A DNA stretch of 64,000 nt from Phoronis australis (lineage: Eukaryota > Animalia > Phoronida), in NCBI GenBank assembly GCA_002633005.1, contig NMRA01000006.1, forward strand, positions 1,043,697 to 1,107,696. The letters are read 5' to 3'. The stretch's first letter is position 1. The number at the start of each line of letters is the position of its first letter. The notes below the pieces were generated by a model. The model searched no databases. It had not been told where the DNA came from and was given only the letters and a program-made list of their open reading frames with translations. A program made the position numbers and the translations under genes. Positions 49,612 through 62,610 of the stretch are shown piece after piece.

Positions 49612-51500
49612 GTAAGTGGCATAGGAGTCAACAGATGTATTATAATTGTATATTCAGAGGTGTATTATGTAAACATCTCATATTCAAAGAGGCATTATTT
49701 AGACAGTATATTCAGAGGCGTATTTTAATAATTTATATTCATAAGTGTATTATAACAGTATTCAGAGACAATGACATACTTGCTCATGCAGGGCGAGTTT
49801 TATGGAAATCAGCTATATGCAAATTTATGAACAAGAAAAATATTTATTTGACTTTATTTGATGGCGTTGCTTGATTTTTTTCACCATAAAGTTGATGTTA
49901 GTGTTATGCTCCAAGTCAAAAGATGAACAATTGTCATTAATGAAACTGAAATCAGTGAAATTTATTTTCCTTCTTGCCACTGTCTTGCAAGATCGTTTGA
50001 CCTGCACAGATGTTGACTTGCTTGATCACTCTCACATGTTGTTCTCTAACTTCCCCTGACCTGCCTAAAGGGTCAACTTACATATCCTGGTAAGCTGGTG
50101 ACATAGTTAGCATCTTAAAGTCATCAAATGAGTTAAACAGTCCTGGACCAAGACAAATGTGCTCACAAATTACATCACCTATAACCAGTGGAGATCATGT
50201 TTTATCAGTTTCTTTGCTGTAAAAATCCTCCAGTTTGGGACTTTGAGAAATTATTTTGCTCAAGGTCAGAGCTTGTACCACATTTTATATATATCTATGT
50301 GTTGGCTGTCCCAATTTGAGAACAAAGGTCAACAACAGATCATCCACCTTACCATATTGCCACACCATTAATTCCATGAAGTCTTTGCGGAACTGCACTT
50401 ATAAGCGAAGCTTATTCCAAGCACTTGGGGAAAAAGGCCACAAAAAGGCATCATTTCGGATATAGGCTCATGGGCCTAAAGGTGCGGCAATACGGTAATA
50501 CAAAACTATACAACAAATTTGTTTAAAATATGTCAAGGAACTCCCAAAGATACAGACCCAAATGTAAGAAATTGCCATCATCTTATTCGCTAGGGTTTCA
50601 GCTTGTGAAACTGCTAGCGTTCTTGCCAGGCGTGAACGTAGTAATAGACTTTGCAAATCTTTTGTGCGAAAGAATCTTGAGGCACGCACCATCCGATCGT
50701 ACTGAAGCTAAACCTCACCACCTAAAACACAAGGCCTGCATTCCGTAGACCCCAGAAGCTTGCAAAAACGTATGATATGCAAGTCTGCATGTTGTCACCA
50801 TGCATTACAAGCCAACCATGTAATCACACTAACTTCAATGCATTACAAGCCAACCATGTAATCACACTAACTTTAATTCTGAGCTTCTTGCATCTTCTTG
50901 CCACATCTTTAAGTGTTCAGTGGTATCGGTAATGCCATCCCACAATCCATTAAAAAAATGACGGCAGTGCTGTATAAGAAATCCCGAGTTGTTATGTGCC
51001 ACAGTCATTTTAAAATTGTGTCTTCACTTAACAATGTAATTAATTGTGTCCAGTGATTCGTGTACATTTTTAGGCACAGCATCTTGACGAGGGAGACTTC
51101 AGAAGATTGAAATTACCTTTGGCTCTCATTAGTGGCTATCCACTCACCAGAGCTGAGGCTATGACCAAAGTCTATTTGTCACCAGAAATTTTGTTTCCTC
51201 ATGCCGTTTCACTGTTGTGGATCATTTTCCAGTACCAGAATATGCATCCTCTATAAAATATCCTCTATAAAAGGGACAGATTTTGGATCACCTTTCCCAG
51301 TACCAACACTTAACATTTGCTGTAAAAAGGACATTGTTGAGTCTATCATATAGGCAATGTTTGGTATGTAGGTGTGGAAAATTAAATTTCTGAGGTTGAA
51401 AGGCTCGGTGGCTGATGGCACTGCGTCTATGTTACTATGGAATGACTGTGTTGTTTGTCACTTCATTGAACCTGCACTCAGCTCCACCTGTTGGTTGCAG

Positions 51501-51639
51501 GGATACAGCTGGGCAGGAGAGGTTCCATACTATCACTACGTCGTACTACCGTGGCGCCATGGGCATCATGTTAGTGTTCGACATTACAAATGCCAAGACA
51601 TTTGAGAATATTTCCAAGTGGTTACGGAACATTGACGAG
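51501..51639 (+). CDS. RAB10: Rab10, exon 3 ([21 protein letters not shown]...KWLRNIDE)
   Basis: TTGCAG acceptor and GAG|GTGACT donor; 139 nt; Rab10-type [13 protein letters not shown]. Confidence 0.95.
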
Positions 51640-52091
51640 GTGACTGCTTAAATAGAACTGTTGGTCAACTGCAAATTTGATCGATTTAATCATGTCTCTT
51701 GTGAACTTTTGTCGAATTTGTGATAAAAATAACTTCTAGTAGAGTGATAGCAGGTAACTTCACCTATTATTTGACAGGCCTAAATTTGAGTGACTAAATT
51801 CGCATTTTCTTATTTTGCTAAGGTTTTGATGGGACTCTCTGGTTAGCCCAATAGACCTAAAATAAAATTCCCTTGAAGTTAGGGTTGAAGGCTGGTATCT
51901 GTATTAGTCCCATTCTTGTAGTCTAGCTTGCCAGTGAATTCATAAAACTATGTCAGTTGCTGTTGTAATAATGATCTAGTCTGCATATTCTTGCACAACT
52001 ATGAAGACATAAAAAACACAATTTGGTGTTTATAGTAATCTTGTCTAAAACTGTATCATTTAATTTTTACAATAATTGTGTTTTCTGGCAG

Positions 52092-52181
52092 CATGCCAAC
52101 GAAGACGTCGAGAAGATGATCCTGGGCAACAAATGTGATATGGAGGAGAAACGTCAGGTGGAAAGGCAAAGAGGCGAAAGT
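52092..52181 (+). CDS. RAB10: Rab10, exon 4 ([30 protein letters not shown])
   Basis: GGCAG acceptor and GTAGGT donor; 90 nt; NKCD motif. Confidence 0.95.
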
Positions 52182-53198
52182 GTAGGTTGGGGGGGGGGGT
52201 GTGGCTCATAGGCAGTTTCATTACTCAGTTGGTATGAGAGGATAATCAAGATGCCAAGATGAGGTTGATAGGGGGAAGTATATTGTAGGACGGTTGATCA
52301 CAGAAAATGAGTGCATGAAAGTAATGAGCAAACTTTTGTCGTAATTGGAAATTTGTCATTTTTTTGTGAAAATTTTTCTAGAAATGTAAAGATTCTGATT
52401 TGGATATTGAAGATTTGTCTGGCTGGTTTGACTTGTAAAGATTCTTGAGTTACCAATTCGGCTGTTAAAAATGAGAAATTGATATTTTGTGCATTGCACT
52501 GAAATCTTCATGTTGACAGTAGAGTTAGGGTCACATTTATTTTTTATACCAGTCACTCTTTTACTGTTGAAAGTACAAAAATAACATAAGTCAGTTACCT
52601 GTGGAAATTTCCCTGTCTGTGGAAGTTTTTCAACCTCTGTGAAAGTACAATCCTTTTAAAACACAGCTGTGTTACTATGAACACCATTTTCACAGGCTGT
52701 AATGGTTAGGTACAACAATTTGAAGGAAAATGAAAGTGGAACTGATATCACCAATACTAAAAGTTTGACTCCTATACAAAAATTTGATACTGACACGTTA
52801 CAAATGAGCTGCCATTTTGAGAGCAAATTCTCTTCTAATACTTCAGTGTGACACTTGCTAAAAATTTGATGTCATTCAGCAGTTTCTTGGTGCAAATCTT
52901 TGTCTATCAATTTTGTGTTTGGATTGGAAAAATAACCTTGCTGACATATGTTTGCCGTTCTTCAAAGCATGGTGTACCCAGACGAAGTGGGCTACAGCTT
53001 ATGTTTTGTACTCGCATTTGTTTTTTGACTTTCATTTTTGGGTTGGCATATAACGGCATGTAATTTGCTGTTTGTTATCATTTCGTCTTGCAGTAGTGTG
53101 AAAATGAAACGAGTTGATATCTTCGTCGATCATTTGTGATAAGCGTATAAATTGTAAGTGTACGGTACTGTTACAGTGTCATTGTGTGTTCATTGCAG

Positions 53199-53309
53199 AT
53201 TGCTAAGGAACACGGCATACCTTTCCTAGAAACAAGTGCAAAAGCTAACATTAATGTAGAAAAAGCCTTTCTGGATTTAGCTCAAGCTATTCTTAATAAA
53301 GTGAATAAG
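53199..53309 (+). CDS. RAB10: Rab10, exon 5 ([34 protein letters not shown][VNK])
   Basis: TTGCAG acceptor; ETSAK motif; two in-frame donors, after 53300 (GTGAAT) and after 53309 (GTAAGC). Confidence 0.9.
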
Positions 53310-53704
53310 GTAAGCATGAATGTTGGTGTTTTTACTTGTCCTTTCTGGAATTTTTAGTAACCATGTTCAACAAGCCTATTATGAGTGACGGTACAAGTTT
53401 CTCAGCCACTTGAGTTCTGAAGGTTGAATGTGTTGTGAAGGTATTTTAGTTTGAAATTGGCCACAGGATTCTTGGAATCCAGTCAAAGCATTACTGTGAA
53501 TGAGTGAGAATTTACCAAAGTCACCTATTGGTTACAAAATATTCGAGTAGCTTCCTCGGCTTTAGAAATGTTCTCGATCTACCCGAGTTGTCGTTACTGA
53601 GGTTAGTCGCTAGTTGCCCTGTAACACCCACTTAATTGAAAGCAAGTGGAATCTAAGTCATGAAAAGTTAGCTTAGGTCCAGTATGTGGCTCCATCTGTT
53701 GCAG

Positions 53705-53779
53705 ACTCCTGGGCGAGACGCCAATGAGCAGCGTGGTGTGGACATGAAGCCCGAGGGGAGGAATAAAGGATGTTGCTGA
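53705..53779 (+). CDS. RAB10: Rab10, exon 6 (TPGRDANEQRGVDMKPEGRNKGCC*)
   Basis: TTGCAG acceptor, phase 0; terminal CC prenylation motif followed by TGA. Confidence 0.9.
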   Translation, partial: TPGRDANEQRGVDMKPEGRNKGCC

Positions 53780-55995
53780 GGTTATCCGTTCACCTGCAAG
53801 ACTGACAAATCAACCGTGCTAAATGTACATAACGTATATTTATACATATAGTTGTTGGCTGTACCGATTTACTGCCAACTATCCACCACTGTCAGAGACA
53901 AGCGAGATGTATCCAAATGTTAATGTCACAGCTACAGTTCACAGACTGTTGTTCCAGATACTCGACTGCACGGGTTTGTATTAGGCCAAGGGCATCGACC
54001 AATAAGAGCCACACTTGAGAGGTCGGAGGTTGTACCGAGTGGAAGTGGTGCTACTGTATTATAGGCATCCTATAATCCTTGTTAGTCATAGTAAAGATTG
54101 GTTGAGTTCACCTATTGTGTTTAAGAACCACACTAACCGCTCCTTTCTTGTTACGTAGGTCACGACATGCCTTTGTTGTTTGCTGCAAATGCAGTGACAT
54201 ATGACGTGTAATTAATACCAATTGACACACTGATCTTGTTAAAGCTAACACTCTCTCTACTCCTGACTTGTCTAAGGAACACAAAGTGATGTCACAGGGA
54301 AAGCCCATGACCAGTTGCGGAGTAGAGGAGGCAACTAACGAGTCTTAATTTCTAACTATAGTAGTTTTCTTCGCCAACAAAGTCCCATATTCCCCGCAAA
54401 TGTCCTGGGTATTAAGTTTTTAGCGTGCCCTCTGCAACAGCGCATTCTCAGTATAGATTGAAGTGCCCCAGATGAACTGGTTTGCTCTGGCTGCATCAAC
54501 TACCCATATCTAGTTTAACACCCTGGTGTCGAGAGTGACAACTTTCTATTCTCACTCTGCGTCATTATGCTGTTACATCTGTAACACGTTTCACACTCAG
54601 CCTTATCTGTTTCTTTTTATTGTTAGTATACTTGTTAGCTATTTCTGTGACTGATTAGTTATTGCACATTGCACCAGTGAATAATTTTTATTTAAAAGCA
54701 ATATTGTAAAGCCTATTTTGAGTATATACCGTATTTATTGTTATTGTTCTTCTGTGTATTACCTAGCATATATTGACGAGGACAAATACACCGTATAAAC
54801 GCTTATCGTTTCTGCCTCAGCTTAATCCTGTTGTAATTTGTCAGAAATTCTGATAGTCCTGACCGGTGAATCCTCCGCCAAATTTATGACTTTTTTCTCA
54901 AAACTAGATATCCTGTTGATACTTTTCTTCGACTTTGGGTGTGTTTGAGAAATGTGCTCTGTTTTGAATTCAAGAGTCTTGGAGTTGTGACCTGTGCCGT
55001 ATTCTGCTGGTGACTGCAACCATGTGCTCTACGTCAATTGCGTACCAACCACATGTTCTAAGTCAATTGCCTACCAACCACATGTTCTAAGTCAATTGCC
55101 TACCAATTTCTCCTATTCTCCAAACCTTGATGAGTTGAAACTGTTATTAGTCTTGATATTATGAGAAGAGGTATACACTTTCGTACAAATTACCTTTTGT
55201 TTACTTTATCAATTTCTTGTTTTATGTGAATGTGTAATTTTGTTTTATGAGGTTGTACTTTTTGTGTGGAGTTTAGACTCGGGTGAAAAATGGTATATTT
55301 TAGGCACAGTCTGGAGTCCACTTCACAAAGCATGTCAGATGGATTGTTAGCGTGATGTCAATAAAATCATTTACCATTTGCAATGCGACGCCTGATGACA
55401 GAATGGCATTGTTGTCAATCATAGAACTGTCCTGAAACAGCTCTCAAAATTCTACTTGGTTTAAGTGCAGCTAGTTCAGACCTGTCTGTTTATTAGCTAT
55501 CTCATTTAGAGGGTTATTAAAATAGCCAATGCTTATATTTGTTTATCATGATAAGGGGTTTATTTATGAAATGTCACAATGCAGGCAAATTAGTACTGAA
55601 AAGGGAGTTGTATTATCAGGTAAAATGCTGTTAAATGCCTTCATCAAACAGATGATGTAAGACACCCTGTACCAACAGTTCAGTACTTCAGCTGAAAATT
55701 TCTTAATGATGTGCTGTCAGTAATTAACATGATCTTCCAACTTGTACTGAAAATGTATTATGTATTTCCTGTAGCTAAATTTGTAAAAACGAGATGTACT
55801 AGAAAAAATCTATATGAAACGAAGCATTTTGGTGATGTTTTCCCCATTATACACTGTCACATCCATAAATATGAAGGAGGTATGGAGAGTTCTGGAACAA
55901 ACATCTCTTCTCACAGCTAAAAGAGTGAAGCCATCACATCACTTTTAAATTTGAAAAGTTGATGTTTTTTCTATCCATAATGACCAAAACAATAA

Positions 55996-56600
55996 ATTTT
56001 TATGCGCCCACATACTTATATGTGGATGCATTATGCCGTCATCTCTGTCCGGTGTCCACTGCTCTATCTTCAAAACCCTTGGACATACGTTCATGAAATT
56101 TGGCACATATGTTCCATTCATGAAGGACAGCACGAGCGAACTTTCGGACGAATCTGAGTAAGGTCCTCAACAGATTTTCATAAAATTTTAAATATGTGCA
56201 TCTTTTGGTGTGATAACGCTATCTTCCTGTTTTTGGATGGAATCGAGGTATTTTGCACCACCTAGTGGCCATTTTTGCTGTTTTTGGTGTCCACCTCTGT
56301 ATCAGCCATATCATTTGAAAATCGGCTTTTTTTCTCAGTGTGAAGACGACCTTTGATGATGGTGACTGACTACTGTGGTGCATCCTAGTAGTAGTCTTGT
56401 TTTGCGCCCATAGTTGTATCTCTTAAACCCACTGCAGGATCTTTACTAAATTTAGTAAGTGTATTTATTTGAAGATAACAACAGACGACGACAGACACTG
56501 TGCCCACTAGTGGCAATTTCATTTTATTCTGTTTTCCTTTGTCACTCTGAAGTTCCTCGACAGATTTTTATGAAATATGGCATTTTCCTGTGTTTGGATG
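55996..56600 (-). mobile_element. Truncated reverse copy of the Helentron/HINE-like element
   Basis: TTTTTATGCGCCCACAT...GGATGCATTATGCCGTCATCTCTGTCC and CATACGTTCATGAAATTTGGCACATATGTTCCATTCATGAA are reverse complements of segments within 8787-8951. Confidence 0.8.
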
Positions 56601-57878
56601 GATTGTATGTTTTTGCAGCTGTAGGATGTTGTAAGAGGGGAACCGGGTAACAATTCTGAAGGACCAATGTTAGTGATAACCCTCAAAATAACACCCTTGT
56701 GACGCGTTATTTGTGGTCGTGTCTAGTAGGAAGGAATTACTTGAGGTACATCTGCCTTGAACTTGAAATTGGTTCTCTTCCAGTTGTCCATTTGACAAAC
56801 CAAAATCAAAACTTAGCCCCCTACCCTTTTGAACTGGTCTCGGAGGCCCTATGTACTTCAACAGCCCCGTCAACGAGCACTGTGTCCGTTCCAAATGAAT
56901 CCGGACGATTTCTCACCATGAGGTAAACATCCCACTTTAGGTTTCTTTTAACTAATGAACCCCAAATCTCCAAAACCTGCAGGTGAAGGGAGTTAACTGC
57001 TTGGCCGATTACTTTCGCTGGTAAATTAGATTTAGTAATTAACAGCTGACATTAGAATGGCACTTTCTATATGTCAAGCAGAGAACAATAGAATGAAATT
57101 TGTGGCAAGTTCATTCAATTGTATTTTTACGCCTTGACGCGAGCCATCAGCTTGGCTACAATTCTCTCAAGGCAAGTAGTTTAGTTTGCTGAGGCCATAG
57201 AGCAAAAATGCACAAAACCAAGTCTGATAGTTAAAAACTTGCAACAATAGTTAATTAAATAATTCATTTATTTGTAAGGTGTACATAACAAAATCTGTGA
57301 AGAATCAAAGTTTACAATAATCCTCATCTCGCAGATAGAAAGCTGTGTATTACACTGTATGAAGAACCACAATTTTAAGATTAAGATGACAATCGTCAAC
57401 CAAATCCACAGCAAGAGATTCATTGTCTAGTTAACTGTCCAGTGTACATCTGGCGCCTAAATTAACACCCGCTCAGCTGAAATTAAAGAAAAGGCATCTC
57501 TCTGACCATGCTTGAACAAGTTGCCAGACAAATTTACACGCCATGGTATATGACAGGGTGTTTCAAAAAGATGGACCTAGTTTGAAAGCAGTAAATTTCA
57601 ATCTTCAAAATATTGGAATTAAGAAATAGAAAAAATGAGTCACTGCCAAGGTCTTGGTTTGCAATATTGGCTAGCTTGCAACGCTCCATTCCAAAAGTTT
57701 TTTAAGCCTCTGGTTGCAAGAAACGTTAAGAGATGTTCACTTGAAGTGCAGTTTGACTGCAACAAGTTTTACAAGCCATTTCAAATACCATCTGCAGACT
57801 TGACAAACAACACTGAGGTGAAGGTATGTGGTCGCAGATAATTAGGAGGCTCTGTCTTCTTTAAACATTCATAGAGGT

Positions 57879-58024
57879 CAGTGCTGTAGTGGGCCGTAGG
57901 TGCAGCCAATCACCTTTTAGCATTTGAACGTAGCGCCTACGCACCGTAAGTTATGTTCAGTGCTCAATGTGATACAGTGGGCTTTGGGCGCCTACTTTCC
58001 TCTAATTTTACCACTACAGCACTG
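57879..58024. mobile_element. 146-bp hAT-type MITE with 8-bp TSD
   Basis: TIR CAGTGCTGTAGTGG / CCACTACAGCACTG; perfect ATAGAGGT duplication at 57871-78 and 58025-32. Confidence 0.85.
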
Positions 58025-58123
58025 ATAGAGGTATCCTATGCACAATACAACCAAATAAATTAAATTTCGTCCAGTGTTTGAGATAATAAACCATGAACAA
58101 CCAAGGCATTAAAATAATGAAAC

Positions 58124-58369
58124 CATGCGCACACCCAGTGGGCTCGCATGAGCCCCCCATCTGGCAAAGTGGGCAAAACGGTCCGTCTCAGAGAAACAAA
58201 ATCTCCGAAAAGAGTAGAAAACTAGACACAAGTCCACTAAAAAGACAGGAACTACCAAAATTCAGTGAATGCACAATTCAAAGCTCTGAACATACGCCAT
58301 GAATTTTAGTGAAAGGTCCACATTCTCAAAAATATGAGCCCCCCATTTTTTAGACCGGGTGTGCACATG
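58124..58369 (+). mobile_element. Second copy of the CATG-terminal MITE (see 29488-29752)
   Basis: Colinear similarity (AAGTGGGCAAAA.GGTCCG.CTCAGAGAAACAAAA; GAATGCACAATTCA.AGCTCTGAACATA); flanks GAAAC/AAAAC. Confidence 0.75.
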
Positions 58370-60102
58370 AAAACTAAGAATGTTAAAAACTGTCCAGAGG
58401 GAGGGTAAAGATAACAGAACCTAACGTAAGTTTTCATGAGGTAAGTACTAGTCAGTTGTATACTTTAGTTACAAAATTACAAAACTTAAGGCTTAACTTT
58501 TCTTAATGGCATTCTAAAACAAACTATGTGCACTGAAAATTTTAAAATAAATAAATCTTAAAATGAAGAAAGTTGTGATATGAATAAAATCACAACTGTT
58601 TGTTTCACATAATGCAAGGAACAATTGCAAAAGAAATGAACAAAAGGCAGGATTCCAAAACCTTGTGCATAATTTCTGCCATATTCAGCATAACAGAAAC
58701 ATAAACTTTAAAGAGCTGTCAACCCATTTACCACATAATCAGTAACCTTCATGATAAATATCTATATTCTGTAAATGAAAACTTATGCAATTCCCATTAT
58801 ATTTCGAATGCCTGAATTTCAATCAAAAGATGTGATACACCCCAAAACAGCAAATTTCAGTTTCAAATCATGTTCAACTAAGTTAGCTCATGTCGTCAAG
58901 GTTCATTGCTTCTCAACACGACCCAGGAACTCTTAATATCTCTTAATTCCTGATCTATACCAATGTAGACAAAGTCAGTAAAACAAAACACTGAATTCCT
59001 TTCCCACTTTCAGAATAAAAACTAATTCCTTGAAATGTTTGTGTCTAAAATTCTGCTCTCCAAATCTTGAATTGATTTCCAAAGCCAATGATATCCTGCA
59101 ATACTAGCCACGTAAGCGTGTATTTCATTGATCAATCGTTCAGAAAATAATCACGAAAATGAAAATCAGATATGCAAAATATATTATAGACCGGTTCTCG
59201 AGATACTGGTCAGATCTCGCATTACCAACTATTTCAGGAATCAACCATTTACCCGAGTCTTCAACCTTATTCTTTGCCAATCTGGTAGTTCAAAATTCTG
59301 ATAATTTTGAAGATTATGTTTTTAGTTAATGTTTCGCAGAAAAATAAACGCTCAAAATAGGTAATCTGTAGTAGCTATTTTAGGCCCTAAAAGTATGTCG
59401 AATACGTAGTCAATCCTGACAGTTGGCAGCCCACCCTTTAGATTTTAATGAAATTTGAATGCCTTGATGAACAAATATTATTATTATATAACAGAAGAAT
59501 GTCCAATACATACCTTCTGCTGCCAACCAAGGACGGACTTTTCAGAATGTATATACAAATAACTATGTCGACATCGTATATACAAAGTTGGCAACTTTTT
59601 TAAGCCTCGGTGTTTGTTTTTCTATCACATCAATAATTCTCAACACCTTGCATTTAACACACTCCTCATTCACGTCTTGTGAATCTCAACAGCACTTAAA
59701 ATCCATTGTTTGCAAGTACTCTCAAAGTTGCATACATTTACATATAACCATAACACAATTTACAACAACGGGATCTATTTCACGGCTTTGTCATGTACAA
59801 TTCTCAACATAAGTAATTGAATGCTTCAGTGACCATGAAATCCATTACAGACTTGCTCGTCAAACATACATTTCCACAATACATTCGTCATAAGAAAATA
59901 CAATGACATGAGATCAAAACCGTTCTGAAATCGACATAATGGACGCAATTTTGTCGATACTAAAATAAAATTCCATTCACCAATCATTAATATTAAACAT
60001 TCCCATTTCGATGTGACAATCAACTTTGAACAGATTCTGACAGTCACGTCTATAGTATCCTGTTCTGCACAGCCTCAACACATCAAACCACGGAGAACTT
60101 CT

Positions 60103-60118
60103 CTATGACTTCAAGTAT
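60103..60118 (-). CDS. MAK/CILK1(ICK)-like kinase, terminal coding exon ((K)YLKS*)
   Basis: TTCTTACAG acceptor; completes the family C-terminal motif GRTDWAAKY. Confidence 0.75.
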
Positions 60119-60550
60119 CTGTAAGAACAAACAAAACTTTTTAATGGTTCGTAGTCAGACTTAAGACTGCGACCACAACAACCTACAGTTTACATAATCA
60201 TGTGTGCCTAAAAACAAAAAGGACTACATAATGTGATTCGGGAAAAATGTTTCATAATAATAAATAGGAAAACTTTGTCAAAAAACACTGCACATACATT
60301 GAGTAAATGATCAGTAGCATACTTGACACAGTATCTACTGTAATGACACAAGGACACGGCAACACTTTCGCTAGTGAGTCTTCTTCCGTCTTAATTTGAC
60401 AGTGTGAATGGAAGTGAATAAAACGAGAATACAACGAGGGCCTCATGGAATGCAGCGTGTTGCACATATATTTACTAGTAAAATGAAGACAAATGTAAAA
60501 GGCAACTGCAGCACCCTGAATGATAATCCTATGCAGCACAACTGACTTAC

Positions 60551-60662
60551 TTTGCGGCCCAGTCAGTTCGTCCAATCACACCGGTTCCTCCTGCACCCAC
60601 TGGCTGCCTCATGCCAGCCGAATTCTTGCCAAGAGATGGCAGAGTAGGTCCTCTTTTCCAAC
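60551..60662 (-). CDS. MAK/CILK1-like kinase exon (WKRGPTLPSLG...VIGRTDWAA(K))
   Basis: TTCTTTAG acceptor and AA|GTAAGT donor; 112 nt, phase 1/2; GRTDW motif typical of MAK/ICK C-termini. Confidence 0.85.
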
Positions 60663-60756
60663 CTAAAGAAACGCAATAGTTTTAGTCAGGAATGAAATTT
60701 CATTGGGTCATCAAAAAACTTCACTATTCAACACCATCACACCACCTTTTATGAAA

Positions 60757-60890
60757 ACAGAGCTTAACCAGCACATATGTGATACACTTGTAACATAATT
60801 ACAGAGCTTAACCAGCACATATGTGATACACTTGTAACATAATTACAGAGCTTAACCAGCACATATGTGATACACTTGTAACATGATTAC
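60757..60890. repeat. 44-bp tandem repeat x3
   Basis: ACAGAGCTTAACCAGCACATATGTGATACACTTGTAACATAATT at 60757, 60801 and 60845. Confidence 0.9.
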
Positions 60891-61166
60891 ATTGTTACAC
60901 TATCATTTTGATTTTAATTCTTACCGAGATATAATATGATAAGTATAAACCATATTGCTCATGTTTGACTTCAGAGTAGAAGCAATTCCCTGATAAAACA
61001 AATGAAGTGCCTTATAAGCCCAACCCAAGTCTTCTACATATGGCAACCCTGCGTGAGCAGTGCACTACACTTAAAAACCTTTCTGGTCAAACTCTAAAAC
61101 CACAAAATAGCTGGTCCTTGAAGCCACACTCGGCTACTTCAAATTCATAAGTACAGCAATACATAC

Positions 61167-61235
61167 TGGGGTTTTTGCTGGCAGAGTTGAGGAATGATGG
61201 CTGATATCCTGAGTTGTTACCAGCATTGTACGTGC
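61167..61235 (-). CDS. MAK/CILK1-like kinase exon (GTYNAGNNSGYQPSFLNSASKNP)
   Basis: CTTGCAG acceptor and A|GTATGT donor; 69 nt, phase 1/1; GYxPSFL motif as in MAK/ICK. Confidence 0.75.
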
Positions 61236-62374
61236 CTGCAAGTCAAGGTCACACCACTCAACACAGAGGTCAACTGATCATAGAAAAGAAACACACTGTG
61301 GACAGTCACGTAACTAATCCTTTAGCAGCTAATTTTCACTCTAAACTTTTATGGACTTACTTTAGTTTTTTTTTGTAAAACCGAATAACCTAGTTCGAAT
61401 TACTATAAAGAGAAGTTAAACTACATTTTGTATTTTCCAAAATTGAAAAAGTAACAAAATGTGCAGAACTGAAATGTTTTGAATTTATAGTAAAAAACAA
61501 TGTGACTGCCCAAGGTAACTTTTAACAAGTAACCAAAGACACATGATATCAAATAAATATTTGACAGACACCAACTGCACACCATCAAAAGATGTTTCAT
61601 TATTAAAAATACGTTACAAACGAGAAATCACACTAATACTCAACTAAAAATAATGTGTACAGTGTCATTACAATTGACCAATATCGATAGTCTAATGAGG
61701 TCACTTAAGGTAATAGGCTACCATTACAAAGGATGAAATGGCTTCAACAGCGTTTAAACATAAATTTCCACCTGTTTAGCTAGCTAAAAGCAAATTGAAA
61801 TTAGCCTTGTACTCTCATAAAATCAGTCTCGTAATATTTCGCACTAGCTAAACAGGGCAAAATGCAAATTCAAGTACTAAAGCTAGATCCATTACATATT
61901 ATTCTCATTATGAACACAAAAGTAGTGAAAAGATGTTCATAATCTCGCGTCGATTGCATTTTTCTTAAAACACAATATTTTTCCATAAACCTTTTTTCGC
62001 ATAAAACTTGCAAATTCTTTTTCTTTGTTCTATAAGCTACAATTTGACAGTGGAATTCCTGGGCTGGAATGCCTCAAAATAAAATCCCAGACAGGCTTTT
62101 GTAGCTAATACAATACAGAAATAGAATTTGCAGGATTCACGTGAAAAAATTCCCGTTTGCATAAAAAAAATCTTGATTTCTTCGACGAACATCTAAACAT
62201 CATGTTTGTTAACATAATAATGTTCCATGATCATCAAGGATTTTAAATTATTTAGTTTCATGTTTCAATAATTAATACTTAAACAGTTATTAAGACATTT
62301 AATCCTTGGTAATGGAGGCCCCCTATGACTTAAAACAGACATCAACCACAAAACAAAATCAGTATATGCCTTAC

Positions 62375-62610
62375 CAACTGCATTTGTTGTGCGACCGTAA
62401 GAGAGTGTGGGACCATCAACAAGGCTCCCTCTAGGCTTGGTCATAGGTGAGTTCCACGTTCCAGCACTGCTCTTCTTATGTGCGCTCGTGTTGATGCCAG
62501 GCAAGTATCGTGCGTTCTTCATATAGTGCTGCTTGGCCGACGAAGCTGAACTGCGTCCTGATCCCATGCGGCTTATGCCTGATGGTTTCACGGATGGCTT
62601 ACCAAGGCCA
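62375..62610 (-). CDS. MAK/CILK1-like kinase exon (...SSAKQHYMKNARYLPGIN...)
   Basis: TTTGCAG acceptor and G|GTAAGG donor; 236 nt, phase 2/1; SAKQHYxKxxRYLPG is the conserved MAK/ICK tail motif. Confidence 0.85.

Noticed and set aside
56670-56930. Degenerate LINE ORF2 fragment on the minus strand (FIWNGHSAR ... PVQKGRGL)
   Set aside because: Weak resemblance across stops and frameshifts; needs a translated search to support.
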